Shown: positions 6,291-14,265, counted from the first letter of the stretch. The stretch: DNA of 17,107 bases from Verrucomicrobiota bacterium (GCA_039818205.1 JBCBUK010000029.1:1-17107); one strand, 5' to 3'. Notes: a model not told the origin generated them from the sequence alone. Made by a program: numbers and translations.

Positions 6291-9200
6291 TATTGATGCT
6301 TTTGTGTGTTGGATGTTGATGTGGAGCCAATCTTATCAGGAACCTTCAAGATCAGCTCAAAGTAGAAAATCGCTCCGGCGGGCGTATTGTCTTTGATTTC
6401 CAAACGGCCGCCCATGCCAGTAACGAGCATTTGCGACAGATAGAGACCAAGACCGAGGTTTTTCTTGTCTTCACTGGTTGAAAAGTAGTCATCGAAAATC
6501 TTTAGTTTGAGGTGATCGGGGACGCCACCGCCGTTGTCGTGGACAGCAATCCGCAACCGCGCCTTATCCGCAGCGAGCTTCTCCGAGGAAAAATAAACCC
6601 TCACCAGTCCGAGATTGTCCATGAGGCTGGCGTGGCGGATTGCATTGCTGATAAGGTTGCTAACTACCTGGAAAATCTTGTCGCGGTCTCCACGAAAATC
6701 GCTCACCGGCAGCTGCTCCGCCTTCCACGGAATTTCAAATACAACGTTTTGTTTTTCCGCCTTTGGCTCATACACCTTCATGAGATCCAGCGCCAGGTAG
6801 TATGCATTGAAATCAACGTCGCGCAGCACCATTTTCCCGTCGACGATACGCGGAAACTGAATCATCCCGGAAACTAGCTGCATCGTCGTATCGAGCAGGT
6901 CTTGAACCTTTGCGCAATGCATCTGCGCCACTGGATCAGGCTTAACTATTTCATCAATCAAATAGACAGTCGCTCGAGCCGCATTGATCGGTTCCCCGAC
7001 CTCGTGCTTCAAGGCACGCAACATCCTGTTACCGGACTCTGAGGCCCGTTCGAAATTGCGATCATCCTGCTCGATCGTTTCCTTGAGTCGAGCATTCTCC
7101 AATCGGCGCGGAATACCGACCAAGAAGACCAACCCGACAAACCCACCAATGCCGATCAGACCTGCACCGGTTAGTGTGTACCATTTCAGATACCAGGGCG
7201 CGAGAATGGTTATTGCATAAGCCGAAACCTCGCTCAAGTTGCTAGAATCATCACGCGCCTGAAGCTCTAGCACGTATTCACCCGGCCAAAGACTAAAAAG
7301 GTTACTTGCGGGTTCAGAAGTAAATTCAGACCAATCTTGGCCGGCGATGCGCCAGCGATATGTGACTGGGCGATCAACCGCAGTTGAAGTAGGATGGTTA
7401 ACGGCTATGTGCTGAGCCGGAAACATCGTGACGATATTGTCTAGCGGTAAGAGTTCGCTGGAAGCCTCAACGGAAACGAGCCGCGGCGGAAGCGTCGTCG
7501 GAGTATCAAATACTTGCGGTGATTTGTATTCGATCATGCCGTTACCGGCGATCAAGAAAAGCTCACGCTCGCGATCATAGGTTACAAATCGTATCGGATC
7601 TGCTGCCTCAGCCTGCGGTAACGCATAGTCGGTTTTCCTAAACCCAGTTCCAATAAGCTCCAACCGCCTAAACCAGTAGAACCCCTCGCTGTCTGAGAAC
7701 AGGACCCAGGCCACGCTTTCACTTTCTACGGCGGCGTGAATTGTGTATGGGTTTGGATGGAAAAAATCTTCGTCGAGTGCGTTCGTTCGATAGAACGACT
7801 GTCGATTTGGGTCGTAAAAATAAAGGCCACGGTTGCACAGCACTGCCAATCGATCACCAAACATGAACGGGCGTGCCCAAAGCAACTCCTCCTGACCGAA
7901 ATTGTACGGCGAAACAATCACGAGGTCGATATCCTCCGCCGAATCCGGGTTGTCACTCGTAAGCGTTCCCCGCCACAACCCGTCCTTCGTTGACCCAAAA
8001 TAAAAGGTCTTTTCATTTACGCGAACAAAGGATGCCGGATTCTGCCAATCGACCTCAACGAATCGCCCAAGTTTCTCTATCTTGTCAGTAATACGGAAGA
8101 GTTGCATACCGGACACGCCGTAGCCGAGATAGATGCCAGGAAATTCGCTAAGCGGTAGCAACTGAATAATTCGAGCGATATTCGGCAGCTCGATCTTGGA
8201 ATTAGATCCTAACAACTCAACTTCCCAAAGGCGATTCACTACATAGGTATCGCCGACGGGCGCCATACCAACAAGGAAACCCTCGCAGATCTTCTCGACA
8301 TTTCCGTCTTCATAGCGAAATCCACCACTTTGCGCCGAAATGAGCGTTTGTCCATCGGCCCAGGGAAAAATCGAAGCGACCAAACCGATCCCGTGAAAGC
8401 GAGTATCCGTATCAATGCGAATCAACCCATTACTAAACGATGCCCACACAAAGCGGCCAGCGATCCGAGCGCTCCACATGTGCCCAGCACCAGGCTCAAC
8501 ATGATAAATACGCTCAAGCGACTCGCCATCTTGAAAGAACAGAGAATCAACACCAACGACCAAATACCCATCACGCCACGGTTTCACATCAAAGACGGTT
8601 ACACCGAGCGAATAATCCAGCTCGAAGCCATTACCACCAAGCGATAGCACGTTGCCTGAGAACGTGTAAAACTGGAGCTTACCATCAGTCAGCATGACCT
8701 CAATAATTCCTTCTCGGATCAGGTCATCATCAGGATATTCCAAAACAAATTTGCTCCCGTCCCAGCGGTTAAGACCGACCTTTCTTTGATGGACCCACAG
8801 CTCACCATCAATCACATATGATAGCAGTCGATACGAATTCGGCATCGGCCAAACCGTCACATCAGTCCCATCCCAAACAAACACATGCGTATCCCCAACC
8901 CAAAAAACTGATTCACCCAAAACATGGAGATTCCATACATTTGAGGGAATCGCTGGGCTATTTACGATGCGATCAATTAGCGACGTGTATGAAAAACTTC
9001 CGTCGACCATTCTTTCAACGTAGCCAATCTGACTCACCGCTCCGACCCAGATGCGACCATCCGGTCCAAGTACTAGCGACATAACCGTGTTGCCGTGATC
9101 AATATCAACCACCTCGAAAGATTCACCATCGTAGAAAAGCAACCCATCATTACAGCCTATCCAGACGAAACCGTCTGAGTCCTCGATCGTCATACGCACA

Positions 9201-9319
9201 TCATCCAAGAAAGGATGATCCTCACCGTCGAATGTCTTGGCTAAATAATCTGCTATCAATTCAGAACCAAACAAACACAAGACCATATTAACGACCCACA
9301 GTCGGAAAAAGAAACGCAT
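6290..9319 (-). CDS. Sensor histidine kinase with periplasmic beta-propeller and Y_Y_Y domains
   Basis: Signal-like N-terminus. Reg_prop-like repeats (IEDSDGFVWIGCNDGL; LGPDGRIWVG). Y_Y_Y (TYRWRIAG..WS...LWPGEYVLELQARD). TM after APWY. H-box LKHEVGEP, N-box NLISNAIRH, G1 DNGGGVP, F KIFDDYFST, G2 LGLGL. Confidence 0.95.
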   Translation of the reverse strand: MRFFFRLWVVNMVLCLFGSELIADYLAKTFDGEDHPFLDDVRMTIEDSDGFVWIGCNDGLLFYDGESFEVVDIDHGNTVMSLVLGPDGRIWVGAVSQIGYVERMVDGSFSYTSLIDRIVNSPAIPSNVWNLHVLGESVFWVGDTHVFVWDGTDVTVWPMPNSYRLLSYVIDGELWVHQRKVGLNRWDGSKFVLEYPDDDLIREGIIEVMLTDGKLQFYTFSGNVLSLGGNGFELDYSLGVTVFDVKPWRDGYLVVGVDSLFFQDGESLERIYHVEPGAGHMWSARIAGRFVWASFSNGLIRIDTDTRFHGIGLVASIFPWADGQTLISAQSGGFRYEDGNVEKICEGFLVGMAPVGDTYVVNRLWEVELLGSNSKIELPNIARIIQLLPLSEFPGIYLGYGVSGMQLFRITDKIEKLGRFVEVDWQNPASFVRVNEKTFYFGSTKDGLWRGTLTSDNPDSAEDIDLVIVSPYNFGQEELLWARPFMFGDRLAVLCNRGLYFYDPNRQSFYRTNALDEDFFHPNPYTIHAAVESESVAWVLFSDSEGFYWFRRLELIGTGFRKTDYALPQAEAADPIRFVTYDRERELFLIAGNGMIEYKSPQVFDTPTTLPPRLVSVEASSELLPLDNIVTMFPAQHIAVNHPTSTAVDRPVTYRWRIAGQDWSEFTSEPASNLFSLWPGEYVLELQARDDSSNLSEVSAYAITILAPWYLKWYTLTGAGLIGIGGFVGLVFLVGIPRRLENARLKETIEQDDRNFERASESGNRMLRALKHEVGEPINAARATVYLIDEIVKPDPVAQMHCAKVQDLLDTTMQLVSGMIQFPRIVDGKMVLRDVDFNAYYLALDLMKVYEPKAEKQNVVFEIPWKAEQLPVSDFRGDRDKIFQVVSNLISNAIRHASLMDNLGLVRVYFSSEKLAADKARLRIAVHDNGGGVPDHLKLKIFDDYFSTSEDKKNLGLGLYLSQMLVTGMGGRLEIKDNTPAGAIFYFELILKVPDKIGSTSTSNTQKHQ

Positions 9320-9698
9320 CTAACACCTCTACAAAAAATTGATCATAGGCATGATCCTTGGACCACACCGCCTCAAAACCCAAACCCAACAGACCATCCG
9401 CTTCACCGTCATGCGAAGTCAGTACAGCAAATCGGGGCATCTTCGGTATGCACGCTTCATCAAAAAAATACTTAGCCTTAAAGAAAAGACTACGCGCATC
9501 ATCCATGCCCAAACGGAAATCGGAAATAACCACGTCATATTGCCCATTTCGGACAAGGTCGACCGCATGATCGACCGTATAGCTCAAGTCAGGCGTTATC
9601 TCAAAGTTCCGCTTCAATAACAGCGCCACAAATTGCGCAAACTCCTTGCGGTCCTCTAAGATTAAAACATTCACGGCATAACGATGCGCCAATATCAC
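9288..9698 (-). CDS. Single-domain response regulator (REC only)
   Basis: VLILED acidic pocket, YDVVISD phospho-Asp, VLTS Thr, WSK Lys. No output domain. Start is GTG 9698 or GTG 9674. Confidence 0.88.
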   Translation of the reverse strand: MILAHRYAVNVLILEDRKEFAQFVALLLKRNFEITPDLSYTVDHAVDLVRNGQYDVVISDFRLGMDDARSLFFKAKYFFDEACIPKMPRFAVLTSHDGEADGLLGLGFEAVWSKDHAYDQFFVEVLDAFLFPTVGR

Positions 9699-9814
9699 GC
9701 CGTAATCACGCCTTCAAAACCCTCGAATTTGAGGGGGCATTATCATTGCCCCGTATCATCCTGTAAGCTACCGTCTCCGCGAGTTGTTTGGGGACGACTT
9801 ATCTTAAAATTACT

Positions 9815-9842
9815 TAACCCTCGGCTTTCGGGCCGGGGGTTA
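9815..9842. terminator. 12-bp hairpin with UUCG loop (terminator-like or RNA structural element)
   Basis: TAACCCTCGGCT-TTCG-GGCCGGGGGTTA. Two G.U pairs work only on the + strand. No strong U-tract. Confidence 0.5.
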
Positions 9843-9890
9843 TTCACAGCTACCCCACGCGCGCATACCAACCTTAATAAAGAAATTTTT

Positions 9891-10487
9891 ATGCCCAATC
9901 TCCTCTGGAACGGTCCATCAACCATTCAAAGCCGAACATATACCTGCGGAAACTGCGGGACCTATATCTCATCAAATCAAGGGTATAGCGCATACCTACC
10001 CGGAAGCCCAATGCAGTATGAAGACGCAGCTATTGCGATTTGCCATAGGTGCGCTTTTCCTACTTTCTTGGGTGTCAACGGAGAGCAAGTTCCTGGCGCG
10101 CGCTATGGCAACGATGTGGCACACATTACTGATGAAAAAATCGAGCAGTTGTATCAAGAAGCCCGTGATGCTACCGGTTCCGGCTCCTACACATTAGCGG
10201 TTTTAGCCTGTAGAAAACTACTGATGCATATCGCGGTATCCAAAGGTGCAAAAAAAGGGGAATCGTTCGCACAATACGTAGATTATTTATCTGAAAACAA
10301 TTTTGTGCCACCAGGTGCTAAGCCGTGGGTTGATCACATAAGAAAGAAGGGGAACCAGGCAAATCACGAGATTGTATTGATGGAAAGAGAAGAAGCCGAA
10401 GATCTCATCACATTCATACATATGCTTCTTACAGTGATCTTTGAACTTCCAGGCACCATGCAAAGTAGATACCCTTCCACTGATTAG
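9891..10487 (+). CDS. DUF4145 (HEPN-family) protein with N-terminal Zn ribbon
   Basis: CGNCG...CHRC. LYQEA...SYTLAVLACRKLL. HEPN Rx4-6H motif in IRKKGNQANHE. Start moved to ATG 9891. Confidence 0.85.
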   Translation: MPNLLWNGPSTIQSRTYTCGNCGTYISSNQGYSAYLPGSPMQYEDAAIAICHRCAFPTFLGVNGEQVPGARYGNDVAHITDEKIEQLYQEARDATGSGSYTLAVLACRKLLMHIAVSKGAKKGESFAQYVDYLSENNFVPPGAKPWVDHIRKKGNQANHEIVLMEREEAEDLITFIHMLLTVIFELPGTMQSRYPSTD

Positions 10488-10506
10488 AACAAATAGATTT
10501 CCCGGG

Positions 10507-10908
10507 CTATTTGTATACAATAACCAGGGCCCGCGTCAGCTCTCGCGCATTCGAACTGTAGTAGTATTGGCTGTCCTTGGGCGCGTACGGCCCGTAACCA
10601 GGGCTCTGTGTAGAAAAGCCGCGGCCGATACTCTCTTTGCCCGCCAACACAATAGCGTCGCCGCCCATCTCCCGTGCCTCGGACTTAAGAGCGTCAATTG
10701 CTTCTTGGTCGTCAGTCCATTGCCCGATATCAGCCGATGCCTCCCCCACAATATCGAACTGGCGATCGATCAACTCAGGGGCGGGGTAAACGTCAATAGG
10801 ATAGTCTGCCGGTTTTGGCGGGCGCGCTTCGCCAAACTGTATGCTGTCAGAGTTCACGCACCCGACCAGGAGAAGCACCAGAAAAATTGAAGTATAAACT
10901 ATTTTCAT
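10507..10908 (-). CDS. Lipoprotein (YbjQ/RcsF-like small fold); possible superinfection-exclusion moron
   Basis: Lipobox LVGC after a hydrophobic stretch. FDIVGEAS...AIDALKSEAREMGGDAIV pattern. Confidence 0.75.
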   Translation of the reverse strand: MKIVYTSIFLVLLLVGCVNSDSIQFGEARPPKPADYPIDVYPAPELIDRQFDIVGEASADIGQWTDDQEAIDALKSEAREMGGDAIVLAGKESIGRGFSTQSPGYGPYAPKDSQYYYSSNARELTRALVIVYK

Positions 10909-10952
10909 GCCTTAACGATAACTGATCTCTATTTTTTTTCAAAATTAATTTA

Positions 10953-10991
10953 AAGTTTGTGTTGACAAACTTAAAACCCTGTGTTTATATA
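10953..10991 (+). promoter_or_regulatory. Sigma70-like promoter of the ardC operon with an operator palindrome over -35
   Basis: TTGACA at 10962-10967, AT-rich upstream tract, TTATATA at 10985-10991, inverted repeat AAGTTTGT-GTTG-ACAAACTT (10953-10972). Confidence 0.65.
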
Positions 10992-11055
10992 GCCCCATAC
11001 TCAACAAGAGTAGACCGCAGCCCGACGGATTCGGGCAAAATCAATAGATTGAAAA

Positions 11056-11973
11056 ATGGCAAACAAGAACTCAAAGACCGACGCTTACCAAATCGTAACC
11101 GACCGCGTAATACAGCTAATGGAGCAAGGAACCTGCCCATGGCATCGACCATGGCACACCTTAAATGCCGCTCCAAAGAACTTTCACTCAGACCATCAGT
11201 ATAGTGGAATCAACTGGATACTGTTGAATGCATTGGGATTCGAAATCCCGTTTTTCATGACGTTCAAGCAGGTAAAGGATCGCAAAGGCAGCATCCGGAA
11301 AGGCTCAAAGGGGCTCCCAGTGGTTTACTGGAACTTTGTAAAGCGCATCGATGAAAGCGGTGAAGAAAAGAAGATCCCGTTCCTAAAAACCTACAAAGTA
11401 TTCAACTGCGCTGATATTGAAGGAATCGAATTCCCCTGCCCTGAGTTACCCTCCCGAGAATTCAATCCGATTGAAGCCGCCGAGAAAGTGATTCAAAACT
11501 GGAAGGACTGCCCACCGATCAAACATGGTTCCAACCGCGCATGCTACCACCCCGACGACGACAAAATTGCCATGCCCAACAAGAGCCGATTCAAGAGCGA
11601 CCAAGAATACTATTCGGTCATGTTTCACGAAATGGCCCACGCCACCGGTCACCGCTCCCGCTTGAAACGCCTAAAGCCAGCAACTTTCGGTTCGAAAAAC
11701 TACGGCAAGGAAGAATTGGTGGCCGAAATGACAAGCGCCTTCCTTTGTGCTCACTGCGGAATTGATAATTCGGTTATCGAGAATCAAGCCGCTTACCTGA
11801 AGTGCTGGATCAACACACTAAAAGGCGATCCTCGTTTGATTATTACGGCCGCAACAGCAGCTCAAAAAGCTGCCAACTATATTCTCAACAAGACGCCTGC
11901 AGACCAATCCACCCCAGCCCAGAACGATAGAACGGAACCTCGAACTGAACAACTAGATCTGTTCGCTGCCTAG
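11056..11973 (+). CDS. ardC: ArdC-family antirestriction protein (ssDNA-binding DUF1738 plus zincin-like MPTase)
   Basis: YQIVTDRVIQLMEQGTCPWHRPW, YSGIN, FMTFKQ, IRKGSKG, YKVFN, FHEMAHATGH (HExxH), YGKEELVAE, AAYLKCWI. Confidence 0.95.
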   Translation: MANKNSKTDAYQIVTDRVIQLMEQGTCPWHRPWHTLNAAPKNFHSDHQYSGINWILLNALGFEIPFFMTFKQVKDRKGSIRKGSKGLPVVYWNFVKRIDESGEEKKIPFLKTYKVFNCADIEGIEFPCPELPSREFNPIEAAEKVIQNWKDCPPIKHGSNRACYHPDDDKIAMPNKSRFKSDQEYYSVMFHEMAHATGHRSRLKRLKPATFGSKNYGKEELVAEMTSAFLCAHCGIDNSVIENQAAYLKCWINTLKGDPRLIITAATAAQKAANYILNKTPADQSTPAQNDRTEPRTEQLDLFAA

Positions 11974-11976
11974 AAC

Positions 11977-12037
11977 GTCGAAACGGGGCTTGAGCCCCGT
12001 CTGCCAGGGTGGCATCCTGACACTGACGAGACTGCCA
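11977..12037 (+). ncRNA. Type II hammerhead ribozyme with pseudoknot
   Basis: GTC-GAAA-CGGGGC(TTGA)GCCCCG-TC^-TGCCAGG(GTGGCAT)CCTGACA-CTGACGA-GAC-TGCCA. Intact GAAA and CUGAnGA core, GUC cleavage triplet (11999-12001), stem II GTC/GAC. The 3' tail TGCCA is complementary to loop I TGGCA. Confidence 0.92.
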
Positions 12038-12065
12038 ACTGAATACAAAGCAAACATATTTCGCC

Positions 12066-12315
12066 ATGAAATCGAAAGACGCAGAACAAATAGCCCGGGA
12101 GCTAAAATCCAGCTTGGACTTTGAATTCACCCCAGGAACTACCGTCAATGAAATGGTAAAGATCTACTCAGATTGCAAAACCCCCTCGCGAATTGGCCGC
12201 CGCTTTATGGGATGAATGGGATGTAGGCGGCCGAGAATGGATTTCCCAGGATGGCCATTTCGACTACGAAAAATGGATAGCGATTGCGCTAGACTTCGCT
12301 CATCAAAAGAACTGA
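12066..12315 (+). pseudogene. Small gene apparently split by a +1 frameshift at an A4C5 run
   Basis: ATG 12066 gives MKSKDAEQ...YSDCKTP and stops at 12215. The +1 frame from 12184 continues PRELAAALWDEWDVGGREWISQDGHFDYEKWIAIALDFAHQKN to TGA 12315, 4 nt before the next ATG. Confidence 0.5.
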
Positions 12316-12319
12316 CAAC

Positions 12320-12571
12320 ATGCCAGCACCAGAAAATAACGATTACGCCGCAGGCATCCCGGGTCAGAACCGGGATGCTAATTGCCACTTTCGAACCTAC
12401 AGAACGCGAAAGGGAGCTTACAAATTGGCCAGCGAACTAGTAGGCGAAAAACTCACACCTTGGATTGAGCATCATCTCGACGACCCGGCGATTCGCATTC
12501 TCAGAGAGCGCGGCCGGGATGATGTAGCTGACGCGCTCCAGGCCATTATCGACGCTGAAGCCTCACGCTGA
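12320..12571 (+). CDS. Small putative RHH-like DNA-binding protein
   Basis: NCHFRTYRTRKGAYKLASELVGEKLTPWIEHHLD resembles the strand-helix-G-helix pattern. Last gene of the ardC operon. Confidence 0.55.
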   Translation: MPAPENNDYAAGIPGQNRDANCHFRTYRTRKGAYKLASELVGEKLTPWIEHHLDDPAIRILRERGRDDVADALQAIIDAEASR

Positions 12572-13759
12572 ATTGGCACTTCTCCGAACGGCCACCGGAG
12601 CGCGCGCTGGGATCGCCTTGACTAGGCTTGCATAGTGTTTCTCCGCTACTGCCACACTGTCACGAAGCGCCGTTGCGGCCGCATAGATCCCGTGATCCGT
12701 CGCTATCTCTGCCCCGAACTGCTTGCGTAACTCATGCAGCTTCTTCCGGCGCTCTGGTAAAAATTGAGCAACCCACTGGCACGCATCCCGGGCAATCAGG
12801 TTGTGCCGTTCGGTCTTCGTCTTGCCAGGAATCACGTATGCCGTTGGGCTCTCCGGCGGGCAAAGTTGTTGCCAACGGGCGAAAAGACCACGGTCGACCG
12901 CAACCCACCCCTCAGTTGCTTTTGGTTCATACTCCTCAAGCTCGCGCTCAACATCGGCCGCACGGTAAAAAATGCCGAGATGTAGCCCCGCGTCGCCGCG
13001 ATCGTCGAACCAATGCCACCGCAACCCCTCTATTTCACTGGCTCGCAGTCCACAATAGCGGGCCAGCTCAATCACAACTAGCAACCGCACGTCGTCGGCC
13101 TGGTTCGTAGCCAACGATTCATCAAGCTGAGCCATCAGGTCTGGCGGGATGGGGCGAAAGCGTTGATCATGCTCCTCTAACCGAGGAACCGCCAGAAAAT
13201 CGTCAATGAAAGGCAGGTTGAAACCATGATAAAGCTCCCGCCGAGCGACCTTAGAAAAAACATGCTGTGCACTGGCCAGGGCCGAATTCAGGCTCGCATT
13301 CAGCCTTTTGCCCGCCTCGGGTTGTTCACCCCGCTTGCGGCGCCGCCAGTCCAGCACAAACTCTTTACTCAAAACATCGGCCTTTACCTCAGTAGGTTCT
13401 AGCTTCGGATACATCACCTTAACGGCTCGCAAGAGCGCCTGAGCATTATCTAGAGCGGTCTTGGGCTTGATGTTGCTATGCTGGCCAACCTCCGCGACAT
13501 ACCGGTCAACAACTTCACCAATCGTCGGCACACCGTCGAGACGTTTTCGCTTCGGCGTGCCGTCTGTCGCCATCCCCATTTCATCTAAATAAATCTGATA
13601 GCCGATATCGCGCGCCGTGGGCTCATGAGTAGAACCTGTCGATCTACGAATTTTTCTCTCGACACGACGCCCAGCTTTTTCTTCATAGATCCTTTCCTCA
13701 ACATAGAAGACACCCTTCTTACCACGTTTTTGGAGATGCAACTCTTTCTTACCTTTCAC
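12563..13759 (-). CDS. int: Tyrosine recombinase / phage integrase
   Basis: N-terminal arm-binding-type region (VFYVEER...RRSTGS). Catalytic R (CGLRASEI), K (EPKAT), HxLR (LHELRKQFG), Y (EKHY). GTG start. Adjacent to the att site. Confidence 0.92.
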   Translation of the reverse strand: MKGKKELHLQKRGKKGVFYVEERIYEEKAGRRVERKIRRSTGSTHEPTARDIGYQIYLDEMGMATDGTPKRKRLDGVPTIGEVVDRYVAEVGQHSNIKPKTALDNAQALLRAVKVMYPKLEPTEVKADVLSKEFVLDWRRRKRGEQPEAGKRLNASLNSALASAQHVFSKVARRELYHGFNLPFIDDFLAVPRLEEHDQRFRPIPPDLMAQLDESLATNQADDVRLLVVIELARYCGLRASEIEGLRWHWFDDRGDAGLHLGIFYRAADVERELEEYEPKATEGWVAVDRGLFARWQQLCPPESPTAYVIPGKTKTERHNLIARDACQWVAQFLPERRKKLHELRKQFGAEIATDHGIYAAATALRDSVAVAEKHYASLVKAIPARAPVAVRRSANSA

Positions 13760-13805
13760 AATCGTCCCTTCGCCGCTGGTTCAACATTCGGACCTGTCCT
13801 TGTCC

Positions 13806-14132
13806 TTGGCGACAAATTGGCGGCGGATTTGGCGACAAAGTCAAGGTTAAAGAACCGCCTCCAGGTTACAGTGGATCGCTCAGGAAAATTCGTTGACGAA
13901 GCAATAAACGCTAAATATCAACGACTTACATCACTTTTATAAGTTTCGGGTCGGTAGCTCAATCGGTAGAGCAGTTGCCTTTTAAATAGGTATCCCGTTT
14001 ACGACGGATTGCGAGCATTTACCAAGTTATCGCTATATCAACGACTTATGAAATTGCAATTCCCAGAAGGATGCGAGGAATTGCGACGAAACTATCCATT
14101 ATTCGCCAAAAGGTGTATAAAAAGGTGTCCAA
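13806..14132. other. attP: arm-type repeats, two IHF sites and tRNA-derived core
   Basis: TTGGCGACAAA at 13806 and 13829 with TTGGCGGCGGA between. IHF consensus WATCAANNNNTTR matched as TATCAACGACTTA at 13916-13928 and 14036-14048. AAAAGGTGT at 14108 and 14120. tRNA fragment in the centre. Confidence 0.85.
13948..13985 (+). tRNA. 5' half of tRNA-Lys(UUU), nt 1-38 only (att identity block, not a complete tRNA)
   Basis: GGGTCGG-TA-GCTC-AATCGGTA-GAGC-A-GTTGC-CTTTTAA: acceptor 5' strand, full D arm, anticodon 5' strand and 7-nt loop with TTT. Similarity stops exactly after the loop (ATAGG instead of GCAAY). No T-arm follows. Confidence 0.9.
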
Positions 14133-14265
14133 CTAATTCACTTTTGACCTGAGCGCCTTCCAGGTCTCCCAAAGAAAAAGCTGCCCGTGTTTGAGGCAGC
14201 ATTGCAAGTGGACGCACGCATTCGGCCAGTGCTCTCCGGCGGCTATTCTTTCGGCGGTCTTGGCA

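Noticed and set aside
9684..9890. 69-aa N-terminal extension of the DUF4145 ORF
   Set aside because: Runs through hairpins and into the divergent REC gene. The domain starts at ATG 9891.
9715..9890. Known riboswitch (e.g. c-di-GMP)
   Set aside because: Hairpins are present, but I recognise no conserved aptamer sequence on either strand.
13948..14025. Complete or intron-containing tRNA-Lys gene
   Set aside because: No anticodon 3' strand, T-arm (GGTTCRA) or acceptor 3' strand downstream. I found no matching 3' half in the window.
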